Assembly: GCA_963845145.1 (NCBI GenBank)
Contig: CAWJQU010000008.1
Span: forward strand, 96,001-160,000
Direction of reading: 5' to 3'
DNA from: an uncultured delta proteobacterium
GTDB lineage: Bacteria > Desulfobacterota > Desulfobacteria > Desulfobacterales > QNYZ01
Length of the DNA stretch: 64,000 nucleotides
The translations under genes and the position numbers were made by a program. Shown here in pieces: positions 49,582-60,375 of this stretch; position 1 is the first letter of the stretch; each line of letters begins with the position of its first letter. The notes beneath the pieces were generated by a model. That model worked only from the letters and a program-made list of their open reading frames with translations. It ran no database searches and was not told the origin of the DNA.

Positions 49582-52232
49582 TTAAAAAGCGGCCTCCATG
49601 GCAAATTCCCACTTGCCGCCGCTGTCTTCGTCCCCTTCAGGATCGAGAATATGGCCTCTTTCCAGACGAATGGGCCCCACCGGAGAATTCCAGCGTATGC
49701 CATAGCCCGCGGTTCGGCGCAAATTACCCATGTCGATGCTTTCGTCTTCACCGAAGACGTTTCCGGTATCGTAGAAGAGAACCCCTAAAATTCCCTGCTC
49801 TTCGAGCAAGGGAATATGGATTTCGGCATTGAGTTGAACATATTTATTTCCGCCGATTTCGTCCCCGGCCTCATCCGTAGCACTTATATCCCGCCAGCCA
49901 AACCCTCGCAGGGAATGAATTCCGCCCAGGTAGAATTTCTGGTAATCAGGCAACAAGCCGTTGCTGTGTTCCGTGACATACCCACCCTCGGTGTGCAAAA
50001 AACCGACCAACCCTTTAAATAGGGGAAAATAGACACCCAATTCACCCGTGTATTTTATAAATTTGATGTCTCCCCCGATACCGGCATATTCGATGGCTAC
50101 CCGGTGATCCTGGCCACTCGTCGTATAAAAGTAGCGATTCCGGGAGTCATAATGGAGGGTACTGACGACGGCGCTGGTGACATTCTTTCCTTCCAGTTCC
50201 TTGATTGATTGGGCGGCGTCCTCATCGATGTTATCCACATCGGCGATATCATAGTAATATTTTAAGAATAACCGCGTATCGGTAAAAACCGGGTACCCCG
50301 CCTTCACGCTGCCCCCCGTACTCTCCTTTTCATAGGTATCGTAATCAAAATCCCATTTGTATAATCCAACGCCGGCGGATAAAGGGATATCAAACAGCCA
50401 AGGTTCGACCAGATCGAGGTTGAAACGTTTGGATTTGCTACCGATATTCACCTTTAAATCAAGTGTCGCGCCGTACCCTAAAAGGTTGCGTTCCTGAATA
50501 GAACCGGACGCGAAAAATTTCTCAACGCTGCTGTAACCCCCGCCCATGGAAAGCATCCCGGTTGATCTTTCCTTGACTTCGACATCGAGGACCATCCGGT
50601 CATCCGCGCTACCCTTGCGGGTATTGGCCTGGACATCATCAAAATAGCCCATTCGGTGAAGATTTCGCATCCCGCGTTTTAATTTTTTCCCTGAAAACAG
50701 TTCGCCTTCACTGACTTCTAGCTGGCGACGAATCACCTTATCGCGGGTACGGGTATTACCACTGATCGATATACGCTCAAAATAGACCGGTGCCCCCTTT
50801 TTAATCCTGATATCGATATTAACAACCTTATTTTCCACATCCTGATCGAGCTTAGGGATCATATTTGCGTAGGCATAACCATCATCGGAATACAAATCGT
50901 TAAGCGTCACAATATCATTGCGTAGAATCTCGCGATTAAAAAAAGATTCCTTTGCAATGCCCAATTTTTCCTTCAACTGCGCTTCGGATAAAATTAAATC
51001 TCCCGTTAAACCGACCGTTCCCACCTTAAACCGGGGTCCTTCATAAACTTTGAGTTTTATGTAAATCCACGCTTCTTTAAATGTCACCTGCGGCTCGCCG
51101 ATACGTGCTTGAATGTAACCGTTGTTCTGATAAAAAGCGGTCAATTTGGCCACGTCTTGTTCCAGATCCTCTTTATTCAGATCTCCTGAAGAGGTCAGCC
51201 ACGAAAAAAACCCTTTCTCCGACGTTTTCATCTCATCTTGCAAATCGTCATCGGAATAGGCAGCATTACCTTCAAACGCGATGCTCTTGATCCTGACTTT
51301 TTCCCCTTCGCTAATAACAAAGGTCAGATCCCCTCGGTTTTGCTCGGCATTGTCAACCTCGTACACAATTTTAACATTTTGATAGTTCTTCTCTTTGTAT
51401 TGATCTTCCAGGCGGCTAATGTTCCTTTGAATGCTAAAAATGTTTAATACCGCACCGGTTTTGATATCCAGTGTGGTCATCAATTCCTCATCATCAAAAA
51501 TGCGGTTTCCCTTAAATTTGATATTACGGACAATGGGTTTCTCCTTAACCTTAACAACGACGGTTTTCCCCGCCCCCCCTCTTCGGATTCAATGCGGACA
51601 TCTTCAAAATATCCCATGGCGTAGATCCGCTTTAAATCCTCGGATAGGCTTTTGGTAAGAAACACATCCCCGGGGCGGGTTTGGATGTTTTTCAGAATAG
51701 CATCCGCTTCGATACGCTGGTTGCCGGTAATTTTTACCTCAACCACTTTTTCCTGCTTAAAAATCGTATAGCCCAAATCCCGTGATAGCGCAGCAACCGT
51801 TGCCGGAATCGTTTCAACCCCCTTATCGGCCGCGAAGACTGAGCGGGGGGAATCTTCAGTGATTGTTTGGATCACGTTGGCATCAATACTGTATTGTTCG
51901 CCAATCCAGGTTAAGCTACCCCATAATACAAAATCGGCACCTGCTTGGCGGCCGGCCAGACGAATCATTTCGGGATCCATCTTTTCTTTGTCGCCCCATC
52001 CTGGGGGAAACGACTCGGAAGAAACGATGGTGGCCCCATCTGTTTTCAGCTTCGCTTCCAACGCCTTTTTAATTTCACCGCCCAAGTAAGCCATGTCGTC
52101 TGTGGCGTATACTTGAAAAGGCAGCACCCATACCTTTTCACTGGGCCGTGATTGTGCCATCACCGAATGTGAAAGCAACAAGAGCCCAATGATTGTAAGA
52201 AGATAACGCTGTATAATCTGATCAATCCGCAT
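49582..52232 (-). CDS. bamA: Outer membrane protein assembly factor BamA with an N-terminal extension, split by a single-base frameshift at a G7 run
   Basis: The 5' ORF has a signal peptide and POTRA1 (GNQRIE). The frame resumes as GKTVVVKVKEKPIVRNIKFKGN after C7 at 51573-51579. The barrel has LRGF, W-x-SP-x-GP and a terminal F. Confidence 0.92.
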
Positions 52233-52929
52233 TTACCAACCGCCCCTCGCTAATCGTCACCCGGCGGGACATCAACGCTGCCAAAGCCGGGTTGTGCGTG
52301 ACCACCACCAGCGTCATACCAAACTCCTGGTTTAAAGACATGAGCAAATCATGCACCTGGTCCGCATTTTTCTCATCCAGATTCCCCGTAGGTTCATCGG
52401 CCAGCAATACCAACGGATTTAGCACCAGCGCCCGGGCCAAAGCCACCCTTTGCTGTTCGCCACCGGAGAGTTTCGTCACCGGATGATGCAGGCGGTCTTG
52501 CATCCCCACACGCACCAGAATCCTTTCGGCCATCTGGTTGGCCTTGGGACGGGGGATGCCCTGGATATAGGCCGGCATCATCGCGTTTTCAATCGCACTG
52601 AACTCGGCCAACAGGTGATGAAACTGAAAAACAAACCCGATCGAAGCGTTTCGAAAAGCCGCCATTGAAGCCGGTTCGAGGGCGAAAATATCTTGTCCAT
52701 TAAACCGTACGCGCCCGGTATCGGGTCGATCAAGGGCGCCCAAAATATGAAGCAGGGTCGATTTGCCGATGCCCGACGGACCAATAATGGCAACGGTTTC
52801 ACCGGCCGCCAATTCAAAATCGACATCTTTCAAAATTTCGATTTCAGCCAGGCTGTTTTGAAAGGTTCGCCCCATCGCTTCAATATGGATGAGGGGCTCG
52901 GCTTTAGTGTGGGGTCGAGGGTCACCCAT
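52222..52929 (-). CDS. lolD: Lipoprotein-releasing system ATP-binding protein
   Basis: GPSGIGKST, GFVFQFHHLL, LSGGEQQR, ADEPTGNLD. Confidence 0.93.
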   Translation of the reverse strand: MGDPRPHTKAEPLIHIEAMGRTFQNSLAEIEILKDVDFELAAGETVAIIGPSGIGKSTLLHILGALDRPDTGRVRFNGQDIFALEPASMAAFRNASIGFVFQFHHLLAEFSAIENAMMPAYIQGIPRPKANQMAERILVRVGMQDRLHHPVTKLSGGEQQRVALARALVLNPLVLLADEPTGNLDEKNADQVHDLLMSLNQEFGMTLVVVTHNPALAALMSRRVTISEGRLVNAD

Positions 52930-54157
52930 AGCGAATGGCATCCACAGGATCAAGCTTAGCCGCCTGGTTCGCAGGATACAAAGTCGCCAAAAAACAGATA
53001 ACCATTGCCGCCACGGCTATCATCACCACATCCAGCGCCTCAAGTCGCACCGGTAGGGTCGTAATATAATAGACATCTCCGGGTAACTCTATAAATTTGT
53101 ATTTTTCAAGCAGCCAGCAAAGCACAAAACCGAAAACCACACCCAGAAAGGTTCCAATGGCACCGATAACCAGGCCTTTGAAAACGAATATTTTGCGCAC
53201 ACTGCCGTTCGTGGCCCCCATAGCCTTTAAAATCGCGACATCTTTCGTCTTCTCCATTACCATCATGATCAGGCTGCTGGCAATGTTAAAGGCGGCCACC
53301 AGTACAATCAAGGCCAGAATGATGAACATGACGGTCTTTTCCAGTTTCAAGGCCGAAAACAAATTTTTATTCATCTGCATCCAGGTCCGGGTCCAGAATG
53401 GAAAACCAAGTGTCTCACCGATTCGAGCGGCAATATTTTCGGCCTGGTAAATATCGTGCAGGCGGACTTCTATTCCGCTGACCGCATTGGACATGCGCAT
53501 CAATTTTTGGGCTTCGGCCAAATGGATATAGGCCAGTGACCCGTCGAACTCGTACATCCCGGATTCAAAAAAACCGACCACTTTAAACCGCCGCATGGCC
53601 GGTAGATGCCCGGTAGGACCCAACATGCCTCTGGGCGAAATCATAAAGATGACATCCTCGCGTACAACACCCAGTTGACTCCCAAGCTGCTTGCCCAGGA
53701 TGATGCCCGGCGGTGTAAAACCGGTGCCCTTTTCCTGATGAGATTTATCCAGATCGTTGAGTAAATCCGGTGTTAGAACACTGATAACCCCACCGGCGGT
53801 TTCGGTGTCGATTCCACGTACAACGGCTCCGGAAACACCGGCCGCCGATCGTAGCATGATCTGGTCATGGACAATGGGTGTCACCGCTGCCACCCCATCC
53901 AATGACGCGATTTGCGTTTGGATTTTCCGATACGCCTGGATCCCCTCACCGTGGCGACGGACGACCAGATGGGATTCGATACCGAGAATGCGGGTCTTCA
54001 GATCGGATTCAAAGCCGGCCATAACCGCAATGACGACAATCAACGCCATCACGCCGACCATAACACCGGCAATGGAAAGAATGGTGATTAACGAAATAAA
54101 GGATTGTGCTTGTTTGGCCCTTAAATAGCGGGCACCGATGAAATATTCAAAAGCCAT
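52922..54157 (-). CDS. lolE: Lipoprotein-releasing ABC transporter permease (LolC/E/F type)
   Basis: ARYLR, VMAGF, ALKLEK, VAAFNI, ATLYPA; a single permease gene, so possibly LolF-type. Confidence 0.9.
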   Translation of the reverse strand: MAFEYFIGARYLRAKQAQSFISLITILSIAGVMVGVMALIVVIAVMAGFESDLKTRILGIESHLVVRRHGEGIQAYRKIQTQIASLDGVAAVTPIVHDQIMLRSAAGVSGAVVRGIDTETAGGVISVLTPDLLNDLDKSHQEKGTGFTPPGIILGKQLGSQLGVVREDVIFMISPRGMLGPTGHLPAMRRFKVVGFFESGMYEFDGSLAYIHLAEAQKLMRMSNAVSGIEVRLHDIYQAENIAARIGETLGFPFWTRTWMQMNKNLFSALKLEKTVMFIILALIVLVAAFNIASSLIMMVMEKTKDVAILKAMGATNGSVRKIFVFKGLVIGAIGTFLGVVFGFVLCWLLEKYKFIELPGDVYYITTLPVRLEALDVVMIAVAAMVICFLATLYPANQAAKLDPVDAIRYG

Positions 54158-54228
54158 GGGTCATCTGTTTTATTGCACCAATCCTCTTTGCTCAGCCAGT
54201 AAATCAATCGCATGATTCGACCGCGTGA

Positions 54229-55710
54229 TCAGCCGGCATCTGGCCGCATATGCGGAAAAAGAATCACTTCCCGAATGGAAGCGGAATCGGTAAAAAGCAT
54301 TGCCATCCGGTCGATGCCGACCCCCTCACCGGCCGTCGGTGGCATCCCGTATTCCAAGGCCTCGATATAGTCTTCATCCATCTGGTGGGCCTCTGCATCA
54401 CCGGCCTGACGATCGGCCACCTGTTGCATAAACCGGCCTTTCTGATCATCCGGATCATTAAGTTCCGAAAATCCGTTGGCAATTTCGTTACCGGCGATAA
54501 AAAGCTCGAACCGGTCGGTCAGTTCCGGAAACGCGTCGGATCTTCTTGAAAGGGGTGACACTTCCACCGGATAGCCGGTAATAAAGGTGGGCTGAACGAG
54601 TTTCGGTTCAACCAGGACATCAAAAAGTTTGGTGACGATTTTACCCAATCGTCCGGTCTTGTTCATTTGGATCTCTTTTTGGGCCGCAAGATTAAGCAAA
54701 GCCTCCTTATCGTTCAAAAGGGATCGGTCCACCCCGCCAATGGATTCAAGCGCATCGGCCAAAGTCATTTGTTGCCAGGGTGATTTAAAATCGATGGTTT
54801 GCCCCTGGTAGGAGATTTCGAGCGATCCGGTAACGGCATTGGCGACACTTTGAAACATCTGTTCCGTCAACGCTATCAAATCCTGATAGTTGGCATACGC
54901 CTGGTAAAATTCCAACATGGTAAACTCAGGATTGTGACGGGTCGAGATACCTTCATTGCGGAAATTACGATTAATCTCAAACACCCTTTCAAAACCACCC
55001 ACCACCAATCGTTTCAAATAAAGTTCCGGCGCAATCCGCAGGTAAAGATCCATCCCCAAGGCCTGGTGATGGGTGACAAAGGGCGTCGCCTCCGCTCCGC
55101 CGGCAACGGGTTGCATCATCGGCGTTTCCACTTCCAGAAATTCACGTTCAAGCAAGAACTGCCGAATCGTCTGGACAATGCGCGCCCGTTTAATAAAAAT
55201 ATCCCTCGCCGACGGGTTCATGATCAGATCCAGATAGCGCCGTCGATAACGTTTTTCCGGGTCCCGAATCCCGTGAAACTTTTCCGGTAAAGGGCGTATC
55301 GCTTTGCACACCAGTTGCAGCTGTTCGGCCAAAAGTGTCCATTCGCCGGTACGGGTCTGAAACAATTTACCGGTAAAACCGATAAAATCCCCCACATCAA
55401 ACTGTCCGAACAATAGAAATGCGTCTTCCCCGACCTGATCCTTACGGACATAGGCCTGAAGCTGACCGGTGCGATCCCTGAACCGGATAAATGCCGATTT
55501 GCCGAAGCTGTTGATGGCCATAATTCTGCCCGTCAACGCATAACGAGATTCACTTTCGGCCAGCTTGTCGCTTTCGCTGTCGATAAGTGCTTCGATATCC
55601 CTTATCGTATGCGTAATATTTATCTGGTTGGGATAAGGGTTGGTCCCTTGTGCTCTCAGAGCGGCCGCCTTTTCCCTACGAACCTTTATTTCGTTATTCG
55701 ATTTTTCCAT
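54229..55710 (-). CDS. lysS: Lysine--tRNA ligase (class II)
   Basis: RYRRRYLDL, LRIAPELYLKRL, FRNEG, HNPEFT, GMPPTAG-GIDR. Confidence 0.98.
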   Translation of the reverse strand: MEKSNNEIKVRREKAAALRAQGTNPYPNQINITHTIRDIEALIDSESDKLAESESRYALTGRIMAINSFGKSAFIRFRDRTGQLQAYVRKDQVGEDAFLLFGQFDVGDFIGFTGKLFQTRTGEWTLLAEQLQLVCKAIRPLPEKFHGIRDPEKRYRRRYLDLIMNPSARDIFIKRARIVQTIRQFLLEREFLEVETPMMQPVAGGAEATPFVTHHQALGMDLYLRIAPELYLKRLVVGGFERVFEINRNFRNEGISTRHNPEFTMLEFYQAYANYQDLIALTEQMFQSVANAVTGSLEISYQGQTIDFKSPWQQMTLADALESIGGVDRSLLNDKEALLNLAAQKEIQMNKTGRLGKIVTKLFDVLVEPKLVQPTFITGYPVEVSPLSRRSDAFPELTDRFELFIAGNEIANGFSELNDPDDQKGRFMQQVADRQAGDAEAHQMDEDYIEALEYGMPPTAGEGVGIDRMAMLFTDSASIREVILFPHMRPDAG

Positions 55711-55880
55711 TTGGATTTATTTCATTTTTTTATTTAGTGCACATAATCAGAAAACGTAAAAGCGATTGCATTCGTTTATTATCTATCTATAATGATTAAA
55801 AAATCAATTCTCTGCTGGTCCGCCGATTTGATCGAACTGGATTGATCAAATCGGCTTGTTTTAAATAGATAATCCTTGAG

Positions 55881-55907
55881 ATTATATTTTTCAAACATGA
55901 GTGTCAA
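55881..55907 (-). promoter_or_regulatory. Candidate sigma70 promoter for the lysS operon
   Basis: Minus strand TTGACA-15 nt-TATAAT: perfect hexamers with a short spacer that contains an A run. Confidence 0.45.
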
Positions 55908-56133
55908 GCAGCAAAATGAGCGCTGTGACAGTCTTCAGTGATGTGCCGCTTTGCCCCTGCCGCTACAATCACTGGTGTTAATGCTCCAATCGCTATTTTC
56001 CGAAGAATCGTTTGCCGTTATTCCGCCTACTGCTTCAGGTTTTTCAAGTCATGCGTTGACAAATGGAAACGGCTGATCTAATCATAAATGTGATCAGAAA
56101 TATTACTTGTTTCATGCATGATGGGAGCTACCA

Positions 56134-56829
56134 TTGGGGAAAAAAACGCCCAAAAGAGGGGCCGCTGGCGGGGTCGTCGTCCAGACGAAAAAGGCGTATG
56201 AAGGCATCCGCAAGCTACTGTTCCATAATGAGATTGTTCCAGGCCAGAAGATCTCTTACCGTGATCTTTCCGAACGATTAGGCATGAGCCAGACACCGGT
56301 TATTCAGGCTCTCAAATGGCTTGAATTCCAGCAACTGGTGCGCCATGAACCGCATCGCGGCTACTACACGGCATCCATCAATCTGCAGGAAGTCGGAGAG
56401 ATTTACGATCTGCGCCAATTAATCGAACTGGATCTGCTGAAAACATCCTTTAAGCAGCTCGACACCGTAAAAATGAAGCGCCTGAAACAGGCCCTTGATG
56501 CGCATTTAAAGGCCTCTAAGGATGAGTATCTCTACGATCGCCTGCTTAAAGACACGGAATACCATTTGACCCTGGCCTCGCTTTCGGGTTGCATGGTCCA
56601 GCATCAAACCCTGAAAAATCTTTTTGATTTGTTATATCTCAAGTATGGCGGTAAGTTCCTTTTCTCCCTGTCCATGGAAAATGCGGATACCGATCATTTG
56701 AACTTGTTTGAACACATTGAAAAAAAAGATTTAAAGGGCGCCACCGAGGTGCTTTCCAATCATATCCTAAACGTCAAAAAACATGTACTTCGTAGTGTTG
56801 AGCAGATGTTGGACGCAACCCGTGTATAG
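56134..56829 (+). CDS. GntR family transcriptional regulator (HTH + FCD-like domain)
   Basis: AYEGIRK...PGQKI...LSERLGMSQTPVIQAL, EIYDLR; TTG start uncertain. Confidence 0.9.
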   Translation: MGKKTPKRGAAGGVVVQTKKAYEGIRKLLFHNEIVPGQKISYRDLSERLGMSQTPVIQALKWLEFQQLVRHEPHRGYYTASINLQEVGEIYDLRQLIELDLLKTSFKQLDTVKMKRLKQALDAHLKASKDEYLYDRLLKDTEYHLTLASLSGCMVQHQTLKNLFDLLYLKYGGKFLFSLSMENADTDHLNLFEHIEKKDLKGATEVLSNHILNVKKHVLRSVEQMLDATRV

Positions 56830-57030
56830 GGCCTGCCGCAGAAGTCGAGTCCGTTTTCGATTTGACAGGGTTGGCCCATTGCTCTGTGGCCGCAAACGCC
56901 CAAAATTCATGTTTAAAACGATAGTTATACATATTTTAACTTGACTTAATTGTAATGGCAATATAGCTGTATTGTAGCTTATACTGCCAAATAAAATGAA
57001 CGCACTGAACCTGTTATTACAATCTCAACG

Positions 57031-57078
57031 CCCGGTTGCATCCAGACCGGGTTGAACCCAGGCCCGGTTGCATTCAGG
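57031..57078. repeat. Three tandem 16-bp imperfect direct repeats upstream of the acyl-CoA dehydrogenase
   Basis: CCCGGTTGCATCCAGA / CCGGGTTGAACCCAGG / CCCGGTTGCATTCAGG. Confidence 0.7.
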
Positions 57079-57149
57079 TAAAACGGTTATTCGAATAAAT
57101 TACGAATAGGCGATTAACGCTATATCAAAAGCACATGAAAGGAGTGTCG

Positions 57150-58313
57150 ATGGATTTTTCAATGTCTAAAGAACTGGAAATGCTTAGAAAAGAAGTGCGT
57201 CGGTTTGCCGACAAAAAAATTGCCCCCAATGCCGACCAATGGGATGCGGATCACTATTTTCCCTATAAGGAGGCGATTAAGCCCATGGGCGAGTTGGGCT
57301 TTTACGGTACAGTCATTCCCGAGGAATACGATGGCGACGATATGGGATGGATAGCCGCCATGATCGTTACCGAAGAAATAGCCCGGGCTTCCAGTTCTCT
57401 GCGCGTGATGGTCAACATGCAAACGCTTGGATGTGGATTCACCATATATAAGTATGGCGATGAGGCGTTACGGAAAAAATATGTTCCCAAACTGACTACC
57501 GCCGATTACGTGGGCGGATTCGGGATTACCGAGCCGGATGCAGGTTCGGATATTATGGCCATGGATTCGACGGCCGAGGACAAGGGCGACCACTGGCTGC
57601 TCAACGGCTCCAAGACATGGATTTCCAATGCGCCTTACGCCGACGTACTCATTTATTACGCTTATACGGACAAAGAAAAAGGATCAAAGGGGCTTTCGGC
57701 CTTTGTATTGGAACCCAAAAATTTCAATGGCGTTAAAACATCCGTTCTGGAAAAAACAGGATCGCACTCCTCTCCAACCGGCGAGGTTTTTCTAACCAAT
57801 ACCCGTATCCCCAAAGAAAACATTCTGGGCAAGCCGGGCGACGGCGCCAAGATCGTATTTGGTTCCCTAAATCAGACCCGTCTTTCGGCTGCCGCCGGAG
57901 CCGTCGGGGTTGCCCAGGCCTGCCTGGAACATACCCTAAAATATTGCAACGATCGAAAACAGTTCGGTAAAGCGATCGGTATGTACCAAATGAACCAGGA
58001 TCTGATTGCCCAGATGGCAACTGAAATTGAAGCCGCGCGACTTCTAGTATATAAGGCTGCCTGGAACAAGGATCAGGGTAAATTAGACAACGGGCTGGAT
58101 GTGGCCATGGCTAAATTATTCGCCGGGGAAATGGTTGCCAAATGCGTCAACTACGCCATGCGTATTTTCGGCGCCTATGGGTATTCCACCGAGTATCCCA
58201 TCGCGCGAATGTATCGGGATGCACCGACCTATTATATTGTTGAGGGGTCTACCAATATTTGCAAATGGATCATTGCCCTTGACCAACTGGGCTATCGCAA
58301 AGCAAATCGTTAG
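57150..58313 (+). CDS. acd: Glutaryl-CoA dehydrogenase, non-decarboxylating (glutaconyl-CoA forming) type
   Basis: ACAD fold (GITEPDAGSD, LNGSKTWISN). The sequence closely resembles the Desulfococcus multivorans enzyme as I recall it (MDF..SKEL, SS.LRV, APTYY-x-VEG, ALDQLG.RKANR), with Val rather than Tyr before the catalytic Glu. Confidence 0.85.
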   Translation: MDFSMSKELEMLRKEVRRFADKKIAPNADQWDADHYFPYKEAIKPMGELGFYGTVIPEEYDGDDMGWIAAMIVTEEIARASSSLRVMVNMQTLGCGFTIYKYGDEALRKKYVPKLTTADYVGGFGITEPDAGSDIMAMDSTAEDKGDHWLLNGSKTWISNAPYADVLIYYAYTDKEKGSKGLSAFVLEPKNFNGVKTSVLEKTGSHSSPTGEVFLTNTRIPKENILGKPGDGAKIVFGSLNQTRLSAAAGAVGVAQACLEHTLKYCNDRKQFGKAIGMYQMNQDLIAQMATEIEAARLLVYKAAWNKDQGKLDNGLDVAMAKLFAGEMVAKCVNYAMRIFGAYGYSTEYPIARMYRDAPTYYIVEGSTNICKWIIALDQLGYRKANR

Positions 58314-58363
58314 TCCCTGAAAATTGAAGATGTGGATATCGACCAAGTAGAAAGGATCTTATC

Positions 58364-59152
58364 ATGGATGTGGTTGTACTGGTAAAGCAGGTACCGGATA
58401 CCGAATCTCTGATTCAGATAGAAGAGGACGGGGTCTCCTATAAAACCGAAGACGTTAAATGGGTCATGAACCCTTACGACGAACTGGGTGTAGAGGCGGC
58501 CCTTAGGATCAGAGAAGCAAAAGGGGGTACAGTAACCATTCTCTCTCTCGGTCCGGAAAAAGCAGTCGAAACCATTCGGACGGCTCTGGCCATGGGGGCT
58601 GATAAAGGGGTCCATATCTTCGACCCGAAGGCACAGGGCAGCGATGCCCTTGCCGTCGGCAAACTTCTGGCCGCTGCTATAAAGACCCTTCCTTTTGATT
58701 TGGTCATTGCCGGTATGCGCGCTGTGGATGAAGATAACTACCAGGTGGGGGCATCCGTCGCCGAATTTTTAGACATTCCTCAAATAACACAAGTAACCGA
58801 TGTGGTCGTGGAAGATCAAACAATCACATGCCACCGGGTCGTTGACGGCGGCACCCTGGTGGTCGAAACCTCCCTTCCGGCGTTATTTACCACCCAGCGG
58901 GGTTTGAACGAACCCCGCTACGCTTCCCTGCCCGGTATTATGAAGGCCAAGAAAAAACCGATCGACACCCTTACTTTGGCCGATTTGGGAATTACCCCTG
59001 ATACCGTGGGTTCCGCCGGTCGGAAAGTAAAGGTGGCCGCCTTAAATTTACCACCCGCCAGGCAAGCGGTAAAAATGATCGATGGCGAAGGCCCTTCAGA
59101 AAAAGCTGCCGCCCTGGTCAAGGTTTTGCAAGAAGAAGTGAAAGTACTTTAA
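58364..59152 (+). CDS. etfB: Electron transfer flavoprotein beta subunit
   Basis: VKQVPD, NPYDE, ALAMGAD, NEPRYASLPGIMKAKKK. Confidence 0.96.
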   Translation: MDVVVLVKQVPDTESLIQIEEDGVSYKTEDVKWVMNPYDELGVEAALRIREAKGGTVTILSLGPEKAVETIRTALAMGADKGVHIFDPKAQGSDALAVGKLLAAAIKTLPFDLVIAGMRAVDEDNYQVGASVAEFLDIPQITQVTDVVVEDQTITCHRVVDGGTLVVETSLPALFTTQRGLNEPRYASLPGIMKAKKKPIDTLTLADLGITPDTVGSAGRKVKVAALNLPPARQAVKMIDGEGPSEKAAALVKVLQEEVKVL

Positions 59153-59203
59153 TCAATATGAATAGGTGAATTAGACGCTACCTTAGACATATAGGAGATG
59201 AAG

Positions 59204-60169
59204 ATGGCACAGGGCGTGTTAGTCATTTGTGAACAGCAAGATGGTGCCTTTCGTAAAATATCCACCGAGGCGGTCAGCGAGGGCCGACGACTGGCCGACA
59301 GCTTAAACACGGACTTAACCGCATTGGTCATCGGTGAAGGCGTGGCTGAAATGGCCGGCGATATTGCCAAATATGGCCCGGACACCATTCTGGTGGCGGA
59401 TGATTCGGCCCTGGCGGATTACATCACCGAATCCTACGTTTCGGTTTGCGCCCAGGCGATAGAGCCCCGGAACCCCATGGTGATCCTCATCGGTGCATCT
59501 ACCCAAGGCAAAGACCTCTCGGCGCGCCTGGCCGCCAGGCTCGACGCCGGCCTGGTCATGGATTGTATATCCCTGCGGATGGACGGCGACCAAATAATCT
59601 ATACGCGGCCGATGTTCGGGGGTAAAATTCTGACTGATGTTGAAATCATCGGGTCGCCCCATATCATAGCGATTCGATCGAATGTAATGGCCATTGACGA
59701 GTCCCCCCGGTCGGGGACGATTGATCGAATCGAAATCACGGTTGATGACCCGAAAACCAAGGTCATTGAGAAAAAGATGGAGTCCGGTGATAAAGTCGAC
59801 TTGACCGAAGCGGATGTGATTGTTTCCGGAGGACGGGGGACGGGCGGTAATTATGGCGCTATTGAAGAATTGGCCGCTCTGATGGGAGGTGCCGTAGGTG
59901 CCTCACGATCGGCAGTGGATGAAGGCTGGCGGCCCCATTCCGATCAAGTCGGACAAACGGGAAAAGTTGTATCGCCCAATTTATACATTGCTTGCGGAAT
60001 ATCAGGGGCCATACAGCATTTGGCCGGCATGTCGACGTCCAAAAATATTGTGGCCATCAACAAAGATGCCGAAGCACCCATTTTCTCAAAAGCCGACCTT
60101 GGCGTTGTCGGCGACCTGGCTGAAATCGTTCCGGAAATAATAAGCGAAATCAAAAAAATTAAAACGTAA
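59204..60169 (+). CDS. etfA: Electron transfer flavoprotein alpha subunit
   Basis: [31 protein letters not shown]. Confidence 0.96.
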   Translation: MAQGVLVICEQQDGAFRKISTEAVSEGRRLADSLNTDLTALVIGEGVAEMAGDIAKYGPDTILVADDSALADYITESYVSVCAQAIEPRNPMVILIGASTQGKDLSARLAARLDAGLVMDCISLRMDGDQIIYTRPMFGGKILTDVEIIGSPHIIAIRSNVMAIDESPRSGTIDRIEITVDDPKTKVIEKKMESGDKVDLTEADVIVSGGRGTGGNYGAIEELAALMGGAVGASRSAVDEGWRPHSDQVGQTGKVVSPNLYIACGISGAIQHLAGMSTSKNIVAINKDAEAPIFSKADLGVVGDLAEIVPEIISEIKKIKT

Positions 60170-60348
60170 GAGCCAATTTAAAAACGTTTCAGTTTGTTCA
60201 AGGTCAAGGAAGGCGATCCGCCTCAGGCGGATTAACCACAGGCGCCCCGAAGGAAGTGCCCTTGAGGTAAATACATTGGGTATTTCGAGGATTAAAATTT
60301 GAGTCTGACGCAGAGATTGGACAAAATGGGACGTTTTGAAACTGGCTC
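60170..60348. mobile_element. 179-bp MITE with about 32-bp imperfect TIRs and a 4-bp GTAA target duplication
   Basis: Left end GAGCCAATTTAAAAACGTTTCAGTTTGTTCAA; reverse complement of the right end GAGCCAGTTTCAAAACGTCCCATTTTGTCCAA. GTAA is present at 60166-60169 and 60349-60352. Confidence 0.75.
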
Positions 60349-60375
60349 GTAAGCTATTTATAAGGAACATTTACC

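Noticed and set aside
49582..52232. bamA as a true pseudogene or two separate genes
   Set aside because: The gene is essential, one added G in a homopolymer restores a continuous POTRA1-POTRA2 junction, and similar indels occur elsewhere in the window.
57031..57078. Short repeats here and at 26244-26282 as CRISPR arrays
   Set aside because: Units are too short, have no unique spacers of CRISPR length, and no cas genes are present.
60086..60370. 94-aa minus-strand ORF between etfA and ETF-QO
   Set aside because: It is a translation of the MITE and the antisense etfA tail, not a credible gene.
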